NCBI GenBank assembly: GCA_003208875.1
Contig: QCUR01000001.1
Coordinates: forward strand, 288,001-352,000
Source of the DNA: Prochlorococcus sp. AG-679-M23
GTDB lineage: Bacteria; Cyanobacteriota; Cyanobacteriia; PCC-6307; Cyanobiaceae
Length of the DNA: 64,000 bases
Direction: 5' to 3'
Part shown: positions 10,823-22,720 of the stretch, piece by piece
Layout of the letters: each line of letters starts with the position of its first letter
How positions within the stretch are numbered: position 1 is the stretch's first letter
Position numbers and translations under genes: made by a program
The notes under the pieces: generated by a model
Seen by the model: the letters and a program-made list of their open reading frames with translations, nothing else
What the model was told of the DNA's origin: nothing
Databases searched by the model: none

Positions 10823-12052
10823 TTATTTTGCATTAATTGCTAATAAAGCAGTCCCAAATGAAGTCGTTTTTTTACATGAAATTATTGGGATATTAATAAT
10901 CCGTTCTCTAATTGCTCTCCATTGAGGATTTTTTGAACCTCCACCAGTAGTAATAATTCTTTTTGGAAGTGAACCAGTCAGCTCATATAGTTTTTCCCAA
11001 CCTTTTAATTCAATTCTTGCTAACCCCTCGAACAATGCATGTAAAAAAAGTGAGTCGCTTACAGGCCTAGGGCTAAGAATTGGCTCCAAAAAAGGGTTAT
11101 TAACAGGAAATCTTTCACCCCTACTATTGAGTGGCAAAAGATTTAGGGAAGTTTTTATTGAAGGATTTATTTGTCTGCTAAGTTCTTTTATTTCTAAATC
11201 AGAAAAAAATTGAGATAAAATTCCACAGCCAGCGTTTGATGCCCCTCCACATATCCAGTTATCACTTACTCGATGGGTTGTAATTCCCTTTTCTTTGATC
11301 GGGGTCTTATTAATTTTTTTTACTACGATTGTGGTTCCTAAAACTGTTAAGCCTTCTTCATTTCCCAATCCTGCAGCTAAAAAAGCTGCATTTGAATCAG
11401 TTGTCCCCGAGACTAATAATATTTTCTTATTTAATTTGAATCTTTCGGCTAAGTCAGTATCGATTTGACCCAAGATTTTTCCACTTTTAATTATTAAAGG
11501 TAAGCATTTTTGCCATGAAGTTTTGAGATAACTTTTTGGCCAAGATTCTTTTATTAGATTCCAACCAAGTTTAATATTATTGCCTTCTTCTCCATATGTC
11601 CAATCTTTCAAAAACCAGCCAGTTATCAAGTCAGATTGATGTCTTAAAATAATATTTTCCCCAAATTTATCTATTAGTTTTAATGCTTTAGCTAAACTAC
11701 TGTACGGGGTTTGTAAATGATCTTCTCCAACCGTTATGGATTCAATAAGTATTTTGTTTTCATTACATGCTTGGTCGTAAGGTATAGCTTCCCCTAACGG
11801 GTCCCCTCTTAAAGTACAAGCCGTTAAAGTTCCAGAAGTACCGGATATTGCTAAATTAACAATATTTTTTTTAATATCTAGAGGTAAATTATCTAGAAGT
11901 TTTTCACAAGAATTAATCCAAGAGTTGGGATTTTTAAAGCCATATTGATATGGAACTGAATTCGTATATTTTAATTCCTTTTTCAAATTAATTATGGATA
12001 TTCTTGCGCCACTAGTCCCAAAATCTAAGCCCCCAAAAAAATTATCTGGCAT
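10823..12052 (-). CDS. FGGY-family carbohydrate kinase
   Basis: GLDFGTSGAR, GTTDSNAA, GERFP, GGGSKN. Confidence 0.88.
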   Translation of the reverse strand: MPDNFFGGLDFGTSGARISIINLKKELKYTNSVPYQYGFKNPNSWINSCEKLLDNLPLDIKKNIVNLAISGTSGTLTACTLRGDPLGEAIPYDQACNENKILIESITVGEDHLQTPYSSLAKALKLIDKFGENIILRHQSDLITGWFLKDWTYGEEGNNIKLGWNLIKESWPKSYLKTSWQKCLPLIIKSGKILGQIDTDLAERFKLNKKILLVSGTTDSNAAFLAAGLGNEEGLTVLGTTIVVKKINKTPIKEKGITTHRVSDNWICGGASNAGCGILSQFFSDLEIKELSRQINPSIKTSLNLLPLNSRGERFPVNNPFLEPILSPRPVSDSLFLHALFEGLARIELKGWEKLYELTGSLPKRIITTGGGSKNPQWRAIRERIINIPIISCKKTTSFGTALLAINAK

Positions 12053-12058
12053 GAATAA

Positions 12059-13300
12059 TTATAAAAGTATTTTTGAGGCCTCTACTAGTTGGGCTGATTT
12101 TTCTTCAACTCGTTCCCAAGGAAGATTTAGATCATTTCTACCAAAGTGTCCATAAGATGCAGTTTTTCTGAAAAATTCCCCACCCATTTTTTTGGGAAGA
12201 TTTCTTAAATCAAACTCTTTTATTATTGCTGCAGGCCTTAAATCAAAGTTGTTTTTAATAAGTTCTTTCAAATTATCTTGAGAAATAACACCAGTACCAA
12301 ATGTTTCAACAAGAATTGAAATTGGTTTGGCAACTCCAATGGCATAACTTAATTGTACTTCTGCTTTTTTTGCTAATTTTGCTTTAACAATACTTTTAGC
12401 GACATAACGTGCAGCATATGCAGCTGATCTGTCAACTTTAGTAGGATCTTTACCAGAGAATGCCCCCCCTCCATGCCTTGCATATCCTCCATAAGTATCT
12501 ACAATGATTTTTCTACCAGTAAGTCCTGCATCTCCTTGAGGTCCCCCTACTACAAATTTACCTGTAGGGTTTACCAGAAATCTGGTCTTTTGACTTGATG
12601 GTTTGATTTCTAAATCTTCTGTTGCTGGCATTACAACATTTATCCATAAATCTTCTTTTATCTTTTGACGAATTTCTTCTTCATTTGTAATTCCATCAAT
12701 CTCAGCCGTATGCTGAGTTGAAATTAAAATTGTATTTATTGAAACTGGGACCCCTTTTTTGTAATCAATACTTACTTGAGTTTTTCCATCAGGTAGAAGA
12801 TAATCAAGAACTTTTTCATGTCTTACTTTTGCAAGTTGTATTGCTAATCTGTGAGCCAAGCTAATTGGTAATGGCATTAATTCAGGTGTTTCATCACATG
12901 CATAGCCAAACATTATCCCCTGATCACCAGCCCCAGTATTATTTTCCAAGTCCTCATTCATATCATCTGCTTCATTTACTCCTTGGGAAATATCAGGTGA
13001 TTGCTCGTCAAGAGCTACTAAAACGGCGCAGCTATTTGAGTCAAAACCTCCAGCTTTTGAACTTTCATATCCAATTTCTTTGATTACTTTTCTGACAAGT
13101 TTTATATAATCAAGCTTTGCTCTAGAAGTTATTTCACCTGTAAGTAAGCAAAGGCCTGTGTTGACTACTGTTTCGCAGGCCACTCTACTTTCAGGGTCTT
13201 CAGCCAATAAAGCATCTAAAACAGCGTCACTGATTTGATCACATATCTTGTCTGGATGACCTTCCGTTACAGATTCAGAAGTAAAAATAAAATCACTCAT
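12059..13300 (-). CDS. metK: S-adenosylmethionine synthetase
   Basis: [28 protein letters not shown]. Confidence 0.98.
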   Translation of the reverse strand: MSDFIFTSESVTEGHPDKICDQISDAVLDALLAEDPESRVACETVVNTGLCLLTGEITSRAKLDYIKLVRKVIKEIGYESSKAGGFDSNSCAVLVALDEQSPDISQGVNEADDMNEDLENNTGAGDQGIMFGYACDETPELMPLPISLAHRLAIQLAKVRHEKVLDYLLPDGKTQVSIDYKKGVPVSINTILISTQHTAEIDGITNEEEIRQKIKEDLWINVVMPATEDLEIKPSSQKTRFLVNPTGKFVVGGPQGDAGLTGRKIIVDTYGGYARHGGGAFSGKDPTKVDRSAAYAARYVAKSIVKAKLAKKAEVQLSYAIGVAKPISILVETFGTGVISQDNLKELIKNNFDLRPAAIIKEFDLRNLPKKMGGEFFRKTASYGHFGRNDLNLPWERVEEKSAQLVEASKILL

Positions 13301-13439
13301 TTATTAATAATTTAGGAATAAACTAATCCTAAATTAAATCGTAAATATTAATCAATAGTTATTAACTTGAAATTACAATAATTTTTCTAATCTAGAATTA
13401 ATTTTGTATATTAGTTTTTAATAAATTAAAAATAAGAGT

Positions 13440-14531
13440 TTACACGCTTTCTGCAATCTCGACTGTCTGCTCCTCATTCTCATCAGTTTGCTCAAGTAAC
13501 ATTTGCTTATATTTTGCAGCCATTTCTTCAGCTTTATTAAAAACTTTTTGTGGATCAGTTAGCATATCGCCTGGTTCGGGTTCTAGAGCTTTGGTTGATA
13601 AAGAGATTCTACCTCTCTCGGAATCTAAGTCTATAATCATTACTTTCATCTGATCATTAACATTTAAAACATTATGAGGTGTTTCAATATGTTCATGACT
13701 AATTTCAGAAATATGTAGAAGACCGCTCACACCACCTATATCAATAAAAGCGCCATAAGGTTTAATTCCCTTTACTGAACCTACAACAACTTCTCCAACT
13801 TCAAGTCTATTCATTTTTTTCTCAACTAAAGCTCTTCTATGACTTAAAACTAATCTATTTCTTTCTTCATCCACCTCAAGAAATTTTAAAGGTAAATATT
13901 CTCCTTCCAAATCTTCTTTTATTTTTCTAGCACTAATATGAGATCCAGGGATAAAGCCTCTCAAGCCCTCAACTCTGACTAGAGCCCCACCCCTGTTTGT
14001 GGCAAAAACCTCGGAATATATAGTTGCATCTTCTTTTTGTAATTGTCTCACTCTTTCCCATGCTCTTTGATATTCTATCCTCCTAATAGATAAAGCTAAT
14101 TGCCCATCTTCATTCTCCTCACTCATTATAAAAAATTCTCTACTTTCTGAAGGTTGTAAAACATCACTTAGTCCTTCAACTCTATTTATAGAAACTTCTT
14201 GCATAGGCATAAAAGCTGCAGTTTTAGCTCCTATATCTATCATTGCTCCTTTGGGCTCTAAAGCAAAAACTGTACCTTTTACAAGATCGCCTGGTTTAAA
14301 ATTATAGTCATACTTTCCTAATAATGATGCAAATTCTTCTTGAGTAAATCCTGCTGTATCCAAATCACTATTTCTTCTGCTTGAAGAAGAATCTGCAGAG
14401 GGAATATCTTTATGGTCAAATGATAAATCTTCCTCTTTTGGAGTCTCTGAATTATTTTCTTCTAGGGTTGAATTTTCAATTTCTTTTTCGTCTGAAATTT
14501 CTTTTACGATTTGGGAAGGATTTTCGATCAT
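13440..14531 (-). CDS. rpsA: 30S ribosomal protein S1
   Basis: Three S1 repeats; YGAFIDIGGVSGLLHISEISH. Confidence 0.95.
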   Translation of the reverse strand: MIENPSQIVKEISDEKEIENSTLEENNSETPKEEDLSFDHKDIPSADSSSSRRNSDLDTAGFTQEEFASLLGKYDYNFKPGDLVKGTVFALEPKGAMIDIGAKTAAFMPMQEVSINRVEGLSDVLQPSESREFFIMSEENEDGQLALSIRRIEYQRAWERVRQLQKEDATIYSEVFATNRGGALVRVEGLRGFIPGSHISARKIKEDLEGEYLPLKFLEVDEERNRLVLSHRRALVEKKMNRLEVGEVVVGSVKGIKPYGAFIDIGGVSGLLHISEISHEHIETPHNVLNVNDQMKVMIIDLDSERGRISLSTKALEPEPGDMLTDPQKVFNKAEEMAAKYKQMLLEQTDENEEQTVEIAESV

Positions 14532-14638
14532 TTGTTAAAACGCAGACCACCTAAGATGGTTAGAAAGGAACGCTTTTAGCCTGCAAACTAAAGAGCAAAT
14601 TATTTGTAAGTTATATTCTACACTTTAGTAGGCTAAAT

Positions 14639-15118
14639 TTATAAAATTGAAGCTAATTCATTTTTTGAACTACCTTTTAGGGACTCAAGAGTGGAGACAA
14701 AGTCTTTTACCCCATTAAATTCCCTGTAGACTGATGCATATCTTATATAAGCAACTTCGTTTTCTTTCCTTAAGCCTTTAAGAATTAATTCTCCAATTTG
14801 AGAAGATTTAATATCTTTATTTGAGTCTTGTATGATTTGCGATTCAATTGAGTCAACAAAATTGATAATCGATTCTCTCGAAAATGTTGTTTTTTCGCAT
14901 GCTCTAGATATTCCAGTAACTAATTTATCTTTATTAAATAATTCTCGGCTCCCATCTTTTTTAAGAACAGAAATTGGCATTGTTTCAACTCTTTCATATG
15001 TGGTAAATCTAAAGCTGCAATTTAAACACTCTCTTCTTCTTCTGACACTTTTTCCAGTATCAGCAGATCTTGATTCTAAAACTCTACTATCTGTATTTTG
15101 GCAGGTGGGGCACTGCAT
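14639..15118 (-). CDS. nrdR: Transcriptional repressor NrdR
   Basis: MQCPTC...[15 protein letters not shown] plus ATP-cone, [11 protein letters not shown]. Confidence 0.96.
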   Translation of the reverse strand: MQCPTCQNTDSRVLESRSADTGKSVRRRRECLNCSFRFTTYERVETMPISVLKKDGSRELFNKDKLVTGISRACEKTTFSRESIINFVDSIESQIIQDSNKDIKSSQIGELILKGLRKENEVAYIRYASVYREFNGVKDFVSTLESLKGSSKNELASIL

Positions 15119-15181
15119 ATAGTGAATTAATACTATCTTCAACTCTAATAGTAGATTAATATCACGATAATGAAAAGTGGC

Positions 15182-15218
15182 AAAAAAAAACCCCCCTATT
15201 TATAAGAGGGTTTTTTTT
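15182..15218. terminator. Rho-independent terminator downstream of psbB-psbT
   Basis: A9-CCCCCCT...AGAGGG-T8 imperfect hairpin flanked by A/T tracts. Confidence 0.65.
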
Positions 15219-15221
15219 ACT

Positions 15222-15320
15222 TTATTTTCTGTCAAATTTAGGTGGATCTCTAAAAGCGACTGCAAAAAATAGAGTAACAACTGCGAGAGTTAAGATAAGA
15301 ACGTAAGCAAAAGCTTCCAT
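15222..15320 (-). CDS. psbT: Photosystem II protein T (32 aa, not in track)
   Basis: [32 protein letters not shown] directly after psbB. Confidence 0.96.
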   Translation of the reverse strand: MEAFAYVLILTLAVVTLFFAVAFRDPPKFDRK

Positions 15321-15343
15321 GAGAAAAAATAATAAAGTTTAAA

Positions 15344-16867
15344 TTAAATCCTTCCTGGGATTCGTCTAGTGGTTTCGTCTCCAAGTTTCTTAAAGAGACC
15401 AAATTCAACTTGATCACCTATCTCAGAGTCAATACCAGCAAAGGAATCTTTGTAAAGTGTTCTTGAAGCATGCCACCAATGACCAAATAAGAATAATAAT
15501 CCGAAACATAAATGTGCATAAGTAAACCAAGCTCTTGGGGAACTTCGGAATACACCATCAGATTTATAAGTTTCTCTATCAAACTTGAATGCTTCACCAA
15601 GTTGTGCTTTCCTAGCTAATCTTTTAACTACAGCAGGATCTGTGAATGTTTGACCATTAAGATCACCTCCATAAATAGTCGCTGTGATGCCAGTTTGTTC
15701 AAATGAATACTTTGCTTCAGCTCTTCTAAATGGGATGTCAGCTCTCACATTCCCTTCCTTATCTTCCAAAATAACTGGGAAGTTTTCAAAGAAGTTTGGA
15801 ATTCTTCTAACTTCTAAATCATTGCCCTCTTTATCAGTAAAGGCAATATGCCCTTGCCAACCTGTTGGTAAACCATCTCCATTTACAAGAGCACCAACCC
15901 TAAACAATCCTCCTTTCGCAGGGCTGTTTCCTACATAATCGTAGAATGCAAGCTTTTCTGGAATTGAAGCATATGCTTCTTCCTTAGTTGCTCCATTATC
16001 AATAGCTGTTTGAACTCTCCTGTTTATTTCAGTTTTGAAGTAACCAGAGTCCCATTGATATCTTGTTGGTCCAAACAATTCAATAGGAGTGGTGGCAGAG
16101 CCATACCACATTGTTCCTGCAACAACAAAAGATACAAATAAAACGGCAGCAAGAGCACTAGCTAATACTCCCTCCAAACTTCCAAGCTTAAGGGCTCTAT
16201 AAAGCCTTTCTCCAGGTCTATTTGTGATGTGAAATATTCCACCAATAATACCCAAAAGGCCAGCTGCAATATGATTCGCAACTATTCCACCAGGATTAAA
16301 GGGATTAAATCCATCTGCTCCCCAAGATGGTGCGACCTGTTCGACATGACCAGTTAAACCATAGGGATCTGAAATCCAAATGCCGACGTTCGCGCAATGA
16401 AAAGCTCCAAATCCAAAGCAAGTAATACCTGATAAAAGAAGATGAATCCCAAATATTCTAGGGAGATCAAGAGCAGGTTCCCCAGTTCTTTCATCTTCCC
16501 ATAGATCTAAATCCCAATATGTCCAATGCCAGATTGAAGCGAGCATTAAAAGTCCACTAAAAACAATGTGAGCGGCTGCAACACCTTCGAAGCTCCAGAA
16601 TCCTGGATCCACCCCAGTAGCACCAGTTATATCCCATCCGTTCCAACTACTTGTGATCCCTAATCTCGCCATGAATGGCATGACATACATTCCCTGTCTC
16701 CACATTGGATTGAGAACAGCGTCTGAAGGATCAAAAATGGCTAATTCATATAAAGCCATAGAACCGGCCCAGCCGGCTAATAATGCAGTATGCATGAGAT
16801 GCACAGCAAGTAGTCGACCGGGGTCGTTGATAACTACTGTGTGAACTCTATACCAAGGCAATCCCAT
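15344..16867 (-). CDS. psbB: Photosystem II CP47
   Basis: [20 protein letters not shown]. Confidence 0.99.
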   Translation of the reverse strand: MGLPWYRVHTVVINDPGRLLAVHLMHTALLAGWAGSMALYELAIFDPSDAVLNPMWRQGMYVMPFMARLGITSSWNGWDITGATGVDPGFWSFEGVAAAHIVFSGLLMLASIWHWTYWDLDLWEDERTGEPALDLPRIFGIHLLLSGITCFGFGAFHCANVGIWISDPYGLTGHVEQVAPSWGADGFNPFNPGGIVANHIAAGLLGIIGGIFHITNRPGERLYRALKLGSLEGVLASALAAVLFVSFVVAGTMWYGSATTPIELFGPTRYQWDSGYFKTEINRRVQTAIDNGATKEEAYASIPEKLAFYDYVGNSPAKGGLFRVGALVNGDGLPTGWQGHIAFTDKEGNDLEVRRIPNFFENFPVILEDKEGNVRADIPFRRAEAKYSFEQTGITATIYGGDLNGQTFTDPAVVKRLARKAQLGEAFKFDRETYKSDGVFRSSPRAWFTYAHLCFGLLFLFGHWWHASRTLYKDSFAGIDSEIGDQVEFGLFKKLGDETTRRIPGRI

Positions 16868-17090
16868 CGGTTAAATTCTTGTGACAATGCTGAATGAACA
16901 GCTAAACATCATGATAGTAAGGGTTTTTTGGGCATTGAGAGAGTTTTGTAAATAAATTAATTTCCTTAGTAAAACTGCTCAGATAAACTTGTATCACTTT
17001 AGTTTGAGGGAATTTTTAGCAAAAATATGTTAATATTTTGGTCACAATTCTCAAAGTAAAGCGCCAAAATAGATAAAAATAACAAAAAAA

Positions 17091-17453
17091 ATGGCAATTA
17101 TCAGATTCATCCGTGAAGGAATAGATATCGAATGCAAACCTGGAGAAAATCTGAGAGAGTTAGTAATCAGAGAGAAATTACAACTTTATGGATTAAAGGG
17201 CATACTTGGAAATTGCGGTGGTGTTGGGCAATGCAGTACTTGTTTCGTTTCTGTTGAAGGGGGAGCGAAAAACTCGCTAAGTCCTTTAACTTCTGTCGAG
17301 GAAGAAAAACTCAATAATAGACCTGATAACTGGAGACTTGCCTGTCAAACTCTCATCAATTCATCTGCGGTAATACTTACTAAGCCTCAATCTCCTCCAT
17401 CAAATTTGAAAGATTTGAAAAAATCTGCTGAAAGCAAAAAATTACCTAGATAA
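17091..17453 (+). CDS. 2Fe-2S ferredoxin-like protein
   Basis: NCGGVGQCSTC...RLACQ. Confidence 0.9.
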   Translation: MAIIRFIREGIDIECKPGENLRELVIREKLQLYGLKGILGNCGGVGQCSTCFVSVEGGAKNSLSPLTSVEEEKLNNRPDNWRLACQTLINSSAVILTKPQSPPSNLKDLKKSAESKKLPR

Positions 17454-17555
17454 ATTGTTTAAGACTGTTAATGAGTTAGTCGACTTTTTGGTTTTTTTCA
17501 CTTAATTCCTAATTGAATGTCTATAGTCTTATTATTATTAAATTTGTCTTTTTAA

Positions 17556-17708
17556 ATGGAAACAACAAATTTTGGTTTCGTAGCAAGTCTTCTATTTGTA
17601 GGAATACCAACTATTTTCCTTATTGGTTTATTTATTTCAACCCAAGATGGAGAAAAATCAAGCTTTTATTCAGATTCTAGCAAAGGTAAACTTGGCCCAA
17701 AACGCTAA
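17556..17708 (+). CDS. psbM: Photosystem II protein M (50 aa, not in track)
   Basis: METTNFGFVASLLFVGIPTIFLIGLFIST... Confidence 0.93.
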   Translation: METTNFGFVASLLFVGIPTIFLIGLFISTQDGEKSSFYSDSSKGKLGPKR

Positions 17709-17720
17709 ATTAACTGCTTA

Positions 17721-18590
17721 ATGTTTCTTATTTCTGCTGAAAAATTTTCATTGTGGAAAAAAAAACAAATATCAAAAGGAGGGGATAACCATTCTCTCAA
17801 TCTTTTGCTTGAATCATTAGGTGGATTATCAAATATAGAATTAAATTTACTTAAAATAAATTCAGAAAAAAATTTAAATTTAAAAGTAAATTTAGACTTG
17901 ATTGAGTCTTTTTGGGATAAACACCTTAATACCTCTATACCTATACAATATTTAAGTGGAATTTCTTTTTGGAGGAATCTAAAATTAGAAGTTTCAAATA
18001 GAGTTCTTATCCCGCGACCAGAGACAGAACTTATTATTGATATTATTTCGGGCATATTCAAAAATAAGGAAGAAAAAATAACCTTTGTAGATCTAGGAAC
18101 TGGTTCGGGTGCGATTAGCATAGCTTTAGCACTTGAGAATCCAAACTGGAATGGAATTGCAACTGATATAGATAAAAATGCTATTAAAATTGCATCGAGG
18201 AATTTTGCAACTTACTCTAATCAATCAAATTTGAAATTTTATAATGGAAATTGGTGGAATCCTCTTAAAAATTTCAAAGGTGAAATTGATTTTGCGGTAT
18301 CAAATCCTCCGTATATTCCCCAAGAAACTTATGAAGTATTACCAAAAGAGGTAAAGAGTTTTGAGCCTAAACTTGCTCTTTTGGGAGGGAAAGAAGGCCT
18401 AGATCATATAAATGAAATAGTTCAAAATGCCCCCCATTACTTAAAAGACAAAGGGTGGTTATTGATTGAGAATCATTTTGATCAAGGTGAGAAAGTTAAA
18501 AAATTATTTCTTGAAAATAAATTTACTTCTGTAAAAGTTTTAAAAGATTTTTCTGGGATTGGAAGATTTACAATAGGAAGATATAAATAA
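17721..18590 (+). CDS. prmC: Release factor glutamine methyltransferase
   Basis: VLIPRPETE, DLGTGSG, SNPPY. Confidence 0.95.
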   Translation: MFLISAEKFSLWKKKQISKGGDNHSLNLLLESLGGLSNIELNLLKINSEKNLNLKVNLDLIESFWDKHLNTSIPIQYLSGISFWRNLKLEVSNRVLIPRPETELIIDIISGIFKNKEEKITFVDLGTGSGAISIALALENPNWNGIATDIDKNAIKIASRNFATYSNQSNLKFYNGNWWNPLKNFKGEIDFAVSNPPYIPQETYEVLPKEVKSFEPKLALLGGKEGLDHINEIVQNAPHYLKDKGWLLIENHFDQGEKVKKLFLENKFTSVKVLKDFSGIGRFTIGRYK

Positions 18591-18610
18591 ATTATTAGTT
18601 AATAATTTTA

Positions 18611-19192
18611 ATGAATGTCATAGATCAAAAATTAGCTTTAGAAAAACTAAATAGTGGTTTCCCTGTAGTTTTTCAGACAGACACTTTACCGGCAATTGGA
18701 TGCTTACCAAAGTTTTCAGAAATAATTTATGAGATAAAAAAAAGAGATATCAGAAAACCTTTAATTTTAATGGGAGCTGAAAAATTTCAATTTGATGATT
18801 ATGTTGATGAATCGGCATTAGATGATTACAAATATATTGCATCTTCTTATTGGCCAGGACCCTTAACAATCATTGTTCCGATTTCTGAAAAAAGAAGATC
18901 ATTTTCAACTAGTAGTAACTATACAATTGGTTTACGAATACCAAATTCAAAAATGGCTAAACTACTCTTAAAGAAAAGTGGTCCATTACTAACATCAAGT
19001 GCAAACATATCAGGTATGCCTACAGCTACTAATGCAAAAGAAATTTCGATTAGTTTGCCGAATGTAAATATTTTAGGACCCGTTCCCTGGGAAAATTGCA
19101 GTGGTAATGCAAGTACAATAATTTCTTGGGCGAATCATGGGAAATGGAAAATAATAAGAGAAGGTGATATCTCAATTACAGGTATAAATTAA
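18611..19192 (+). CDS. tsaC: L-threonylcarbamoyladenylate synthase (Sua5/YrdC)
   Basis: TDT, K.R...KPL, WPGPLT, SSANISG. Confidence 0.9.
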   Translation: MNVIDQKLALEKLNSGFPVVFQTDTLPAIGCLPKFSEIIYEIKKRDIRKPLILMGAEKFQFDDYVDESALDDYKYIASSYWPGPLTIIVPISEKRRSFSTSSNYTIGLRIPNSKMAKLLLKKSGPLLTSSANISGMPTATNAKEISISLPNVNILGPVPWENCSGNASTIISWANHGKWKIIREGDISITGIN

Positions 19193-19368
19193 TGCTTCTT
19201 CTTATTTTTTTTATCTTGTTGACACAAACTTTTTCTTATTGGATTTTCGAACCTTTAACAGCATTTTTAACTCATCTATTGGAGATAAGATTTTTGCCAA
19301 CTTTTCTTTTATTCATTTTTATTTTTCTATTTTGGACAAAAAAAGAGGAATCAAATATAGAACTTTGA
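19192..19368 (+). CDS. Small hydrophobic hypothetical protein (58 aa)
   Basis: ATG overlaps the tsaC stop (TAATG); MLLLIFFILLTQTFSYWIFEP... Confidence 0.5.
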   Translation: MLLLIFFILLTQTFSYWIFEPLTAFLTHLLEIRFLPTFLLFIFIFLFWTKKEESNIEL

Positions 19369-19371
19369 AAA

Positions 19372-19443
19372 TGCCGGCTAACAGATTTGAACTGATGACC
19401 TTCGCTTTACAAAAGCGCTGCTCTACCGCTGAGCTAAGCCGGC
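19372..19443 (-). tRNA. trnT: tRNA-Thr(TGT)
   Basis: Reverse complement GCCGGCTTAGCTCAGCGGTAGAGCA...TTTGTAA...GTTCAAATC...GCCGGCA. Confidence 0.96.
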
Positions 19444-19506
19444 ATAAATTTTATTTTACATACAGCTAGGTGTTATTTGATAATTTATTAATTTTGATTT
19501 TAAAAT

Positions 19507-19827
19507 TTATTTCTTTTTCTGTGTGTCTTCATTTTTTTTAAATTCAATTTCTCCAGTAAGAGTTCTTTTTATAGGAAGATTCGCAACTAACGCTGTCATT
19601 CTATCTTCGGTTTCTAGACTTACAGCTACTTCCTCAAAATCAATCTCAACATATTTAGCAACAACATCAAGTATTTCTTTTCTCATCTTATCCAAAAGAT
19701 CTGTTGTCAATGAACTCATGTCAACTCTGTCATGAGCTAAAACTAATTGCAATCTTTCTCTAGCAGTATTGGCACTAGCCGTTTCTCTGCCTAGCAATTT
19801 GTTTATTAGGTCCCTGAGAGTCATCAT
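19507..19827 (-). CDS. minE: Cell division topological specificity factor
   Basis: [17 protein letters not shown]. Confidence 0.96.
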   Translation of the reverse strand: MMTLRDLINKLLGRETASANTARERLQLVLAHDRVDMSSLTTDLLDKMRKEILDVVAKYVEIDFEEVAVSLETEDRMTALVANLPIKRTLTGEIEFKKNEDTQKKK

Positions 19828-19829
19828 TT

Positions 19830-20645
19830 TTAAAAAATCTTTGTTTGCATTAATCTCATGAATTTATCTTTAAGGCTTTTCCCTTCATTTTTTGGATCGA
19901 TAATTGGAATATCTTTTCCTGCAAGCCTTTGAGATACATTTAAATAGCATTTTTTAGCAGGAGATTTACTATCAGAAAGAGTGAGGGGTTCCCCTCTGTT
20001 TGTACTTATTATTACTTGTTCATCCTCTAAAACAATACCCAGCAATGGTAATGAAAGAATACTTTGAACATCTTCTATCGAGAGCATTTCTTGATTAGCC
20101 ATCATATTGGGGCGAACTCTATTAATTACTAACTGTATTGGCTTTATATCAGAAGTATTTAAAATTCCTATAACTCTATCTGCATCACGAACTGCAGATA
20201 ATTCTGGGTTTGTAACCACTATGGCTTCTTTGCATGCTGAAAGAGCATTTTTAAAACCATCTTCAACTCCTGCAGGACAATCTACTAAAACGTAATCAAA
20301 CTTCTCACTAAGTAATTTACTGATTTGTTTCATATCTTCAGGCTTCATCCAGTCAAGCATCCTAGGATCACCAGCTGGTAATAGAGCTAAATTCGGCTCC
20401 TTTTTATGTCTAACTAATGCTTGATCAAGACGACAATTCTTGTCTAAAACATCTTGCGCTGTATAAATAATACGATTCTCCAAACCTAATAGAAGATCTA
20501 GATTCCTCAATCCAAAATCAGCATCTAACACAGCTGTTGTAGCTCCACTATTTGCTAGGGCAATACCAAGGTTTGCCGTTAGGGTAGTTTTACCAACCCC
20601 ACCTTTGCCGGAACAGATCAAAATAGTGCGAGTATTTTTCGACAC
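19830..20645 (-). CDS. minD: Septum site-determining ATPase
   Basis: [24 protein letters not shown]. Confidence 0.97.
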   Translation of the reverse strand: MSKNTRTILICSGKGGVGKTTLTANLGIALANSGATTAVLDADFGLRNLDLLLGLENRIIYTAQDVLDKNCRLDQALVRHKKEPNLALLPAGDPRMLDWMKPEDMKQISKLLSEKFDYVLVDCPAGVEDGFKNALSACKEAIVVTNPELSAVRDADRVIGILNTSDIKPIQLVINRVRPNMMANQEMLSIEDVQSILSLPLLGIVLEDEQVIISTNRGEPLTLSDSKSPAKKCYLNVSQRLAGKDIPIIDPKNEGKSLKDKFMRLMQTKIF

Positions 20646-20762
20646 AGAAAATGAATAATTTCACAAATAATAAGCTAGTTTTAAAAAATTGAAATTTTGT
20701 AAAAGTTAAGTAATACTTAAATTTATTTCTTATAAATAAATTTATTTCAAAATATTTATTTG

Positions 20763-21425
20763 CTACAAGTTTTTATTAAGAAGGTAAGGTTTGATAATTA
20801 TTTTATTGTCTTCCAAAATTGCAATTTCGGGATATTGATCTTTTGGCTTTTCTTTTGGACCTATAGCTACAATCTCGCAGATTCTTAGTTGTAGAGGATT
20901 TAGATAAAGAGAGGCAATAGAAGCATTTTTATTTCCATTTTTTCCTGCGAAAGCGATACCAAATAATTTCCCCCATACATAAACGTTATTATTTGCGGAA
21001 ATAATAGCTCCGGGATTTACGTCACCAATAATAAAAAGATCACCATTTGAAGATATTCGATCCCCTGATCTAATCGTGCCTTTGTGAAGTATGTCCTTTT
21101 TTAGATAGGAAGGATCTAATGGTAATTGATTTTCAAGGTCTTTGATTTTTAAAAAAGTTGAGTTGATTTTTAAAGACTTTCCACTTAAGACTGTTTCTCT
21201 ATTATTTGAATAAATATTTGAAAGCTTAATCAAATGTTTTTCAAGGATAAGTTTTAATTTTGCTAATTCGTATGAATTAATTTTTTCATTTTCTGTAATT
21301 AGATTTGCTGTAGCTGGGGCCTCTTTAGTAATTAAATTGTCGAAAAATTTTTGATCAATCTCAAAATTTTTGAAAGAAAATGATTTTATAAATTTATTAG
21401 CAATACCTCTTAAAATTAATTTCAT
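20763..21425 (-). CDS. minC: Septum site-determining protein MinC
   Basis: GTIRSG, GDVNPGA, VWGKLFGIAFAG; upstream of minDE. Confidence 0.93.
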   Translation of the reverse strand: MKLILRGIANKFIKSFSFKNFEIDQKFFDNLITKEAPATANLITENEKINSYELAKLKLILEKHLIKLSNIYSNNRETVLSGKSLKINSTFLKIKDLENQLPLDPSYLKKDILHKGTIRSGDRISSNGDLFIIGDVNPGAIISANNNVYVWGKLFGIAFAGKNGNKNASIASLYLNPLQLRICEIVAIGPKEKPKDQYPEIAILEDNKIIIKPYLLNKNL

Positions 21426-22685
21426 TTATACGTTAGCTCTTTCTATTGCAATCTGATCCTCTATCTCTTTTCTAAGCTCTCCTGGATAAATAATTAGTGA
21501 AGTATCCTTTGAAGACATTAGAGTATTTATTAAATCTGATTGATTTTCCAATAGGTTCTGATATGTACCATCCCATATTTTTAAAGAATTATCAGACTTA
21601 AAACCTTTAAAAGATCTTTCTTTAATTCCGCAAAATATCTCTGAATCATAATTATTTAATTTACATTTTTTTCTGGCAAAAGCTAAGATTTCTAGTCTTT
21701 TTAATTTTGTGAGAAAACTTATATCTGATGCTTTTAGTAAGTTTCTATCAATAAACATCTTACAAAGAGTCTTTAAAGGTTCAAAAGATTCTTCTTTCCA
21801 TTTCATTAAATGGAAATAAAATACAATATCATCATTCGCAAGGAAGTCCTTAACCTCAAGTTGGTTTGGAAAAAATATCCATCTGCGCATGCTTTCATCT
21901 ATCCATAAGTCCTTTTTTACGGAATCATTTTTGATAATTTGAATAATTTTTTCTAAAATCCAAGTAGAAATTTCATTGATTCTGTGGTTATAAATAGTTC
22001 TATACATCATGTTCCTTAGAACTAAAAAATGTTCTATAGCTATTACTCCTTTTGGTTTGATTGCGATATTCCCATCAGGAGAAAAAGTAAGAGCTGAAAT
22101 AATTCTTTCTAAGTCTACTAATCCATATTTTGTTCCAGTGTTATAACTATCACGAAGCAAATAATCAAGTCGATCACAATCTATTTCACTACTAATTAAT
22201 GTTTTTAAAGGTCTTGAGAATAGGTTTTTAGTTGTAAATAAGTCTCCAATTTGATTAGGTAATTCGGTTCCGAAATTCTTAAGAATCGAAGAGATAGGTG
22301 AATAATTCTTAACTAAATTTTTAGACCATAACTCATGATCATGAGCAAATATAACCTCACTTGTATGACTTAAGGGACCATGGCCTAAATCATGTAAAAG
22401 AGCAGCACCAAAAAGTATGAATTTATTTTGGCTAAAATCAGGATTTATTTCTACTAGTTTTCTATAAATCTTTCTCGCGACGCAAAATACACCAATTGAG
22501 TGTGTGAATCTGCTTGATTCTGCTCCGTGAAAAAGAAGAGAGGCTGCACCTAATTGTTTTATCCTTCTCAATCTCTGAAATGCCAAAGTATCAATTAGCT
22601 GCATAATCATTAATTCTTCTGGTTTGTCTGAATCAATGATTATTTCTTTATGAATTGGATCATGAAAAATTCTTTTATTGTTCAT
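21426..22685 (-). CDS. HD-domain phosphohydrolase (dNTPase-like)
   Basis: DPIH, FQRLRRIKQLG, RFTHSIG, LLHDLGHGP, DRLDYL. Confidence 0.9.
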   Translation of the reverse strand: MNNKRIFHDPIHKEIIIDSDKPEELMIMQLIDTLAFQRLRRIKQLGAASLLFHGAESSRFTHSIGVFCVARKIYRKLVEINPDFSQNKFILFGAALLHDLGHGPLSHTSEVIFAHDHELWSKNLVKNYSPISSILKNFGTELPNQIGDLFTTKNLFSRPLKTLISSEIDCDRLDYLLRDSYNTGTKYGLVDLERIISALTFSPDGNIAIKPKGVIAIEHFLVLRNMMYRTIYNHRINEISTWILEKIIQIIKNDSVKKDLWIDESMRRWIFFPNQLEVKDFLANDDIVFYFHLMKWKEESFEPLKTLCKMFIDRNLLKASDISFLTKLKRLEILAFARKKCKLNNYDSEIFCGIKERSFKGFKSDNSLKIWDGTYQNLLENQSDLINTLMSSKDTSLIIYPGELRKEIEDQIAIERANV

Positions 22686-22720
22686 AACTAAAAAATTATC
22701 TATTAAAAAAAAATCTTTTT

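Noticed and set aside
19239..19469. 76-aa ORF
   Set aside because: Runs antisense through tRNA-Thr; the frame starting at 19192 is more plausible
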